This document shows positions 58,075 through 64,000 of a DNA stretch of 64,000 nt, piece after piece. The DNA comes from Octopus sinensis (taxonomy: Eukaryota). A model generated the notes under the pieces. The model saw nothing but the letters and a program-made list of their open reading frames with translations, made no database searches and was not told the origin of the DNA. Location of the stretch: positions 14,012,001 through 14,076,000 of the forward strand of contig NC_042997.1 of NCBI RefSeq assembly GCF_006345805.1, in the 5' to 3' direction. Every line of letters starts with the position of its first letter. The stretch's first letter is position 1. Made by a program: the position numbers and the translations under genes.

Positions 58075-59315
58075 ATCATCTCCTTTGAAATATACCGGTC
58101 CGAGTGTTCCTGCCACTTTTAGAATCCGGCCTGGAAGTCGTTTTCTGTAAGCGAGTCGACCTTCTGGGGTTTGCTCTTGATCTCGACAACGGTTTTAAAA
58201 GAGCGACCTTTGAGCTGTATTTTTATCTTGGGGAAGAGATGGAAATCCTTGGGTGCTAATTCTGGCGAACAGGGCGAGTGCGGAAGGGATACCATGTTGC
58301 TTTTGGTGAGAAACTCACGAGTGAAGAGAGCTAGGTGACAGGGTTGCATTGTCGTCGTGATGAATCACAACCTTCGCGCTCCACTGATCCGGTCGCTTTC
58401 GCCGAATGTTGCCACTCAAACACTTCAAACCGTCGTTGATTGTCTCAGAACGTAACGGCAGACGAAATACCTATTTCTTTACTACCCACAAGGGGATAAA
58501 CACAGAGAGGACAAACAGGACAGACAAACGGATTAAGTCGATTATATCGACCCCAGTGCGTAACTGCTACTTAATTTTTCGACCCCGAAAGGATGAAAGG
58601 CGAAGTCGACCTCGGCGGAACTTGAACTCAGAACGTAAAGTCAGACGAAATACCTATTTCTTTATTACCCACAAGGGGATAAACACAGAGAGGACAAACA
58701 AGGACAGACAAACGGATTAAGTCGATTATATCGACCCCAGTGCGTAACTGCTACTTAATTTTTCGACCCCGAAAAGATGAAAGGCGAAGTCGGCCTCGGC
58801 GGAACTTGAATTCAGAACGTAAAGTCAAACGAAATACCACTAAGCATTTCGCCCAGCGTGCTAACGTTTCTGGCAGCTCGCCGCCATTTTCTTCGCATTT
58901 CTAAGGGTGACGACACACATAGTAGGTTTTCCAAATCACGCATCGTCTTCCAGGGACGCTTTTTTTTCTGCATTTGAAGCGCCCGTTCCACTCAAAACAT
59001 TGCGTATTACCCATTGCCTTGTCACTATAAGCTTGCCGAAACATGCTTAATGTCTCTGTAGCAGACTTCCAAAGTTTAGCGCAAAATTTCACGTTGGCTC
59101 TTTATTCCAGCTTCCTGTCCATGAGAAAAATCACAAACTACAGCATATACCTGATCACAGAAACACAATTTCATAACTTGCGAAGGAAACACAGCAATGT
59201 CACTCGGTGCACTGCTCCCCTGAGGAACACTGCAAGTTGTCACTGCGCAGCCGTGTGCTGCCATCTGTTGGCGTGCTACAGAAAAAATTCAGGATTTTTT
59301 TGATACCACCTAGTA
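58075..59315 (-). mobile_element. Decayed mariner (DD34D-type) transposon interrupted by a SINE-A multimer
   Basis: N-terminus KFCAKLWKSATETLSMFRQAYSD..TQCFEW..RFK and C-terminus LPHSPCSPELAPKDFHLFPKIKIQLKGRSF (HPPYSPDLAP motif). TIR-like TA-CTAGGTGGTATCAAAAA. Confidence 0.88.
58443..58885 (-). mobile_element. SINE family A multimer nested in the mariner
   Basis: Head at 58840-58885, two full bodies and the start of a third. Confidence 0.88.
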
Positions 59316-60256
59316 TGTATGTGTGTATGTATGTATGTATGTATGTATGTATGTATGTATGTATGTATGTATGTATGTATGTACGTATGTGGTATGTATG
59401 TATGTATATAGTATGTATGTATGTATGTTGTATGTATGTATGTATGTATGTATGTATGTATGTATGTATGTATAAAACACAACTTTGGGTGTAATAAAAC
59501 AAATATAATATAGAGAGGCAGAGTTGTATCATTTATTCGAAACTGAAATTTATCATTTTGTCTCTATGGTACCTGTATATGTATGTTTAAGTTTATACAT
59601 ACATACATACATACATACATGCATACATATATAATATATATATATATATATATATAATATATATAATATATAATATATATATATACATACATATATACAT
59701 ATATATATACATATATACATATAGTTATATATATATATATATATACACATTATATGTGTGTGTGTGTACATATATGTACATATATATAATATACACATAT
59801 ACTATAGATCTACAAATAAATATATACATGCATAATATACATAAATGTATGTAACATATATATATATATATATATATACATACATACATTATATACATAC
59901 ATACATATATACATGCATACATATACATACATACATTCACATGCATATATATATACATATAAATATATACATCATATATATATAAGCATATGTATACATA
60001 TATATACATACATACATATATACATACATGCATACATATACATACATACACCATACATATACATACGCATGTTATATATATAGATATTATATATATATTA
60101 TATATATAATATTATTAGAGACAAAAACCCACTATTTTGCAAAACAAACAAGGAAAGACTTAATCAATACATAAAATTTTAATAAATAGTCAAAAAAACC
60201 ATACACATACATATATACATACATATACAAACACACACACACTTATATATATATAA

Positions 60257-60310
<54 letters not shown>

Positions 60311-60900
60311 TGTGTGTGTGTCTGTTTGTGCTGTCCAAGTAAGCATGAATATATACATAATACAGGTACATATTCGATTTTCTTTTTTTTTTATTCATAA
60401 ACTTTATTTGCTATAGGAATATAGGAATATTTAGAATATTTGAAACCTGCACATGTAATATACAAGAAAAAAACACTTGCATCTCTTGTCATTCAATTCT
60501 GACATAATATGTATAATATATTCATTTTTTAAAAGAAATTGTTTAGATCCCATACAGAGAATTTATGTTCTATTCTTCCAATCTACTTCAGAATTACACT
60601 TCAATTGAAAAGCACTCAGAAATATTCTCATACAAGTAGCCCATGCTTTTTATGTTAAAAGTGGCATTCATTATTAAGAACTGAAGTGAACTTTTCATTT
60701 TGTTTCATGGGTAATTAGGTGCACGTTGTGTGTCTCGTATGTATAGATGCCTGGATATATTTTGGTAGGTAACTACTTAAATATTCAGACAGACAGAGAA
60801 ACAGAGAGACAGACGAACTGACAGTATGTCGTGTAGATGGTAGTTAGGTATAATTTACGTCTATGAGCAGTTAAATAGATAGACAAAAAAGCCTACATAC

Positions 60901-60977
<77 letters not shown>

Positions 60978-61117
60978 TGTTTCTTTATTAGCCACACAAG
61001 GCTGCACACAGACGGGATAAACAGACAGAGAGATAGATAGGTAGATAGGTAGACAGTCAGACAGACAGACAGAAAGATACACAGAGAGACAGATAGACAG
61101 ATTGGTAGATTGGTAGG

Positions 61118-61154
<37 letters not shown>

Positions 61155-61161
61155 TGAGAAA

Positions 61162-61230
<69 letters not shown>

Positions 61231-61289
61231 CAGAAGTCAAACAGAGAGCAGACAGACAGAAAGATAGATAGACAGACAGACAAACAGAT

Positions 61290-61319
<30 letters not shown>

Positions 61320-61323
<4 letters not shown>

Positions 61324-61545
61324 TCAGACAGACAGTCAGACAGACAGACAGACAGTCAGACAGACAGTCAGGCAGACAGTCAGACAGTCAGACAGACAGT
61401 CAGATAGACAGTCAGACAGACAGTCAGACAGACAGTCAGACAGACAGTCAGACAGACAGTCAGACAGACAGTCAGACAGACAGTCAGACAGACAGTCAGA
61501 CAGACAGTCAGACAGACAGTCAGACAGACAGTCAGACAGACAGTT
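61320..61545. repeat. 12-bp minisatellite (GACAGACAGTCA)n
   Basis: Directly visible, derived from the GACA tract. Confidence 0.9.
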
Positions 61546-61552
61546 TGGTAGG

Positions 61553-61626
<74 letters not shown>

Positions 61627-63194
61627 TGTTATTTTACAGGTAAATGTTTGTGGTAGCTGGGTGACCAGTATTTCAGATAATTCGATCGTAATTATGATAT
61701 ATCTGTGGCAAAGCCCACCAGCTTTAAGCACAAACTTTAGGTGCACTGTGTAATTAAGGAAAGTTTTTCTCAGCTTTCAAATTTTTTATTGGGGGCATGA
61801 CTTCTGTTGGTTTTTGCCTTGTTTTGGCTTGAGGTTTTTTTGGTTTGGCGGTGGGGCAGTTCTGTTTTGTTTAGTTCAGCCTGCACCGTGAAGCCATTTG
61901 TCAACTAATTTGATCACAAATTGAACTCATAGTATTTTAACGCAATCTGTTTGTTATCTTTCTAAAAATATTGTTTGACATTCAATCACAATTGTCATTT
62001 GTCACGTTAGTATTTTATTTCTTTATGGTTTTGCTGGTCACTTTCCATAACCTAAATTACTCATCGATTCCCTGAACTCATTTTCCAAGAGTTAACTGAG
62101 ATTAAGTTAAAGTTTACTTCCTGATATTTGTGGACGATCAGTGTTGTAATAAAATGTATACTTTTCGAATGCGTAACATAGTGAATGTTTCCCGAGTTGC
62201 GTGAATTTCATCATTATGTGTGCCTTTCTCGCCATGTTGAAAGTATCATATTCACAAAACCATTTGGGGATACACATAGAACTTCTCCCAATTAAGTGAA
62301 ATAAATATATTGACCTGCAGTGCACGATATCAGCTATTTATGTTAACCTGTCCAAATATTATGAAAAGCACACAAGAATTGTAATACTATAGAGTATTAA
62401 ATTGTTAAGGACGTTTTCCTCTTTGCCTTGAGCAAGTTTAGTTATTAGTTGTGTTGGTTTAGAAAAAGAAATGCTATAAGAGCAAGAATAAACAAACAAA
62501 CGAATTTGCGATGCTTCCAGGTGTTTCAATCTTGTTTGCTACTGACAAAATAGTCTCGTGTTTGGAGCTGCGCTTAATCCCCTTCGGCGATTCATCAAAT
62601 CCAATTTGAACCAAGAAATTTTCTCATTGTGGGAAATCTTTTAACTTCAATGAACTGCTTCTATAAATTAACCTTGCCGAAAGCCTTACTTCAGACTATT
62701 TTTCGCTTTCGTTGAATAGATTGACATGAAGCCTCCGCTGCATTCTAGAAAGAATAGCAAGTGTATCGAATGTCTTTTCATTGTCTGAAAGATACATCAC
62801 GAAACTTCAGGGAAATATGAGAGAAGTCTTTCTCCCTTCTGTCAATACTATTGAACAATAAGTTGGTTATATTAGAGAAAAAGTCATCCAGCTCTCTGAT
62901 ATTAGGAAATCATGTCCGAGAAAATTTCCTGATTTGTTGATGTAGGCTTCAATTAAAAGTGGATTTTAGAATTGAAGAATATACATTACTGCTTTAAAGT
63001 TTGCACCTACAAGATTGTTAAAATAGCAGTGTCTACCCGATTTTCGGGTTTAAAACTAACCTTTATAAGCAAGTATTGAAGTAAAATCTTAACCGTTGAG
63101 AATGAATTTGGAATTTTGACAAACTATTTCTCTAATGAAAACTATCACTGGCGTCAGAGTATACAATACAAATAGTGTCTATCGGCATCCACAC

Positions 63195-63242
<48 letters not shown>

Positions 63243-63437
63243 TGCGTGTATATGAGCCAGTCTATAAGGCAATGCATGCTTGTGTGTCTTGGTGGCTTTT
63301 GCATGTAAGTGCATGCATACGCCGCTGTATTTGCAATTATACATGTTTTGAGAGTACAATATGTCGTTAAAGACAGATGCATGTATGTATATTCATGTAT
63401 GTGTCTATGTGTCTGTGTGTTTGTATGTATATATGTA

Positions 63438-63494
<57 letters not shown>

Positions 63495-63827
63495 CACACA
63501 ACACACACACATGTACATGTGTCTGTGTGGTGCGGTATCCGTATGTGTGCGCGCGCACGCGTGCGTGTTATAAGGTATATTATTGGGTATACACGAGGAT
63601 TTTAGCTTTTGCAGAGTTCACAAAATACATACATTTACTAGGTACATGAAATAGCTGGTAAGATTGTATAAACACGGCGAACGTTTGCCGTACATATCTA
63701 GCAAATTTATTAAATTTAAGAACGCAGTTATGACTAAAGTATTTGGGTATGCTGCATAATAATCTTTAGTATGAAAAGTAATCACTGCTGGTAGAATGCC
63801 TCACGATATTTGTCCCGACTTTGTTAC

Positions 63828-64000
63828 GGCGAGCTGGCAGAAACGTAAGCACGCCAGGCGAAATGCTTAGCGGTATTTCGTCTGCCGTTACGTTCTGAGT
63901 TCAAATTCCTCCGAGGTCAACTTTGCCTTTCATCCTTTCGGGGTCGATAAATTAAGTACCAGTTACACACTGGGATCGATGTAATCGACTTAATCTGTTT
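63828..64000 (+). mobile_element. SINE family A (runs off window)
   Basis: ggcgagctggcagaaacg...gagttcaaattcc...catcctttcggggtcgataaattaagtacc. Confidence 0.9.

Overview
This is AT-rich, microsatellite-saturated animal DNA with no confidently intact protein-coding gene. The repeat content (huge TA/CA/GATA/TACA tracts and several tRNA-headed SINE families) suggests an octopus/coleoid cephalopod intergenic or intronic region, which is an inference. Almost all listed ORFs are microsatellite translations. Supported features: four tRNA-derived SINE families (Meta-domain, V-domain and two others), 3' fragments of RTE and R4/Dong-like LINEs, decayed mariner (DD34D) and DD37D-type transposons, small MITEs, two non-autonomous Helitrons, two local tandem arrays and a 100-N gap. 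The main unexplained signal is a set of at least seven unrelated short non-coding elements that each carry a minimal type I hammerhead ribozyme motif (stem I-CUGANGA-stem II-GAAA-palindromic stem III-NUH-stem I). Most sit in fold-back or tandem arrangements typical of Penelope-like/retrozyme elements, and one family joins a tRNA (Pol III) head to a hammerhead-like core. Two weak spliced-exon remnants are reported at low confidence.
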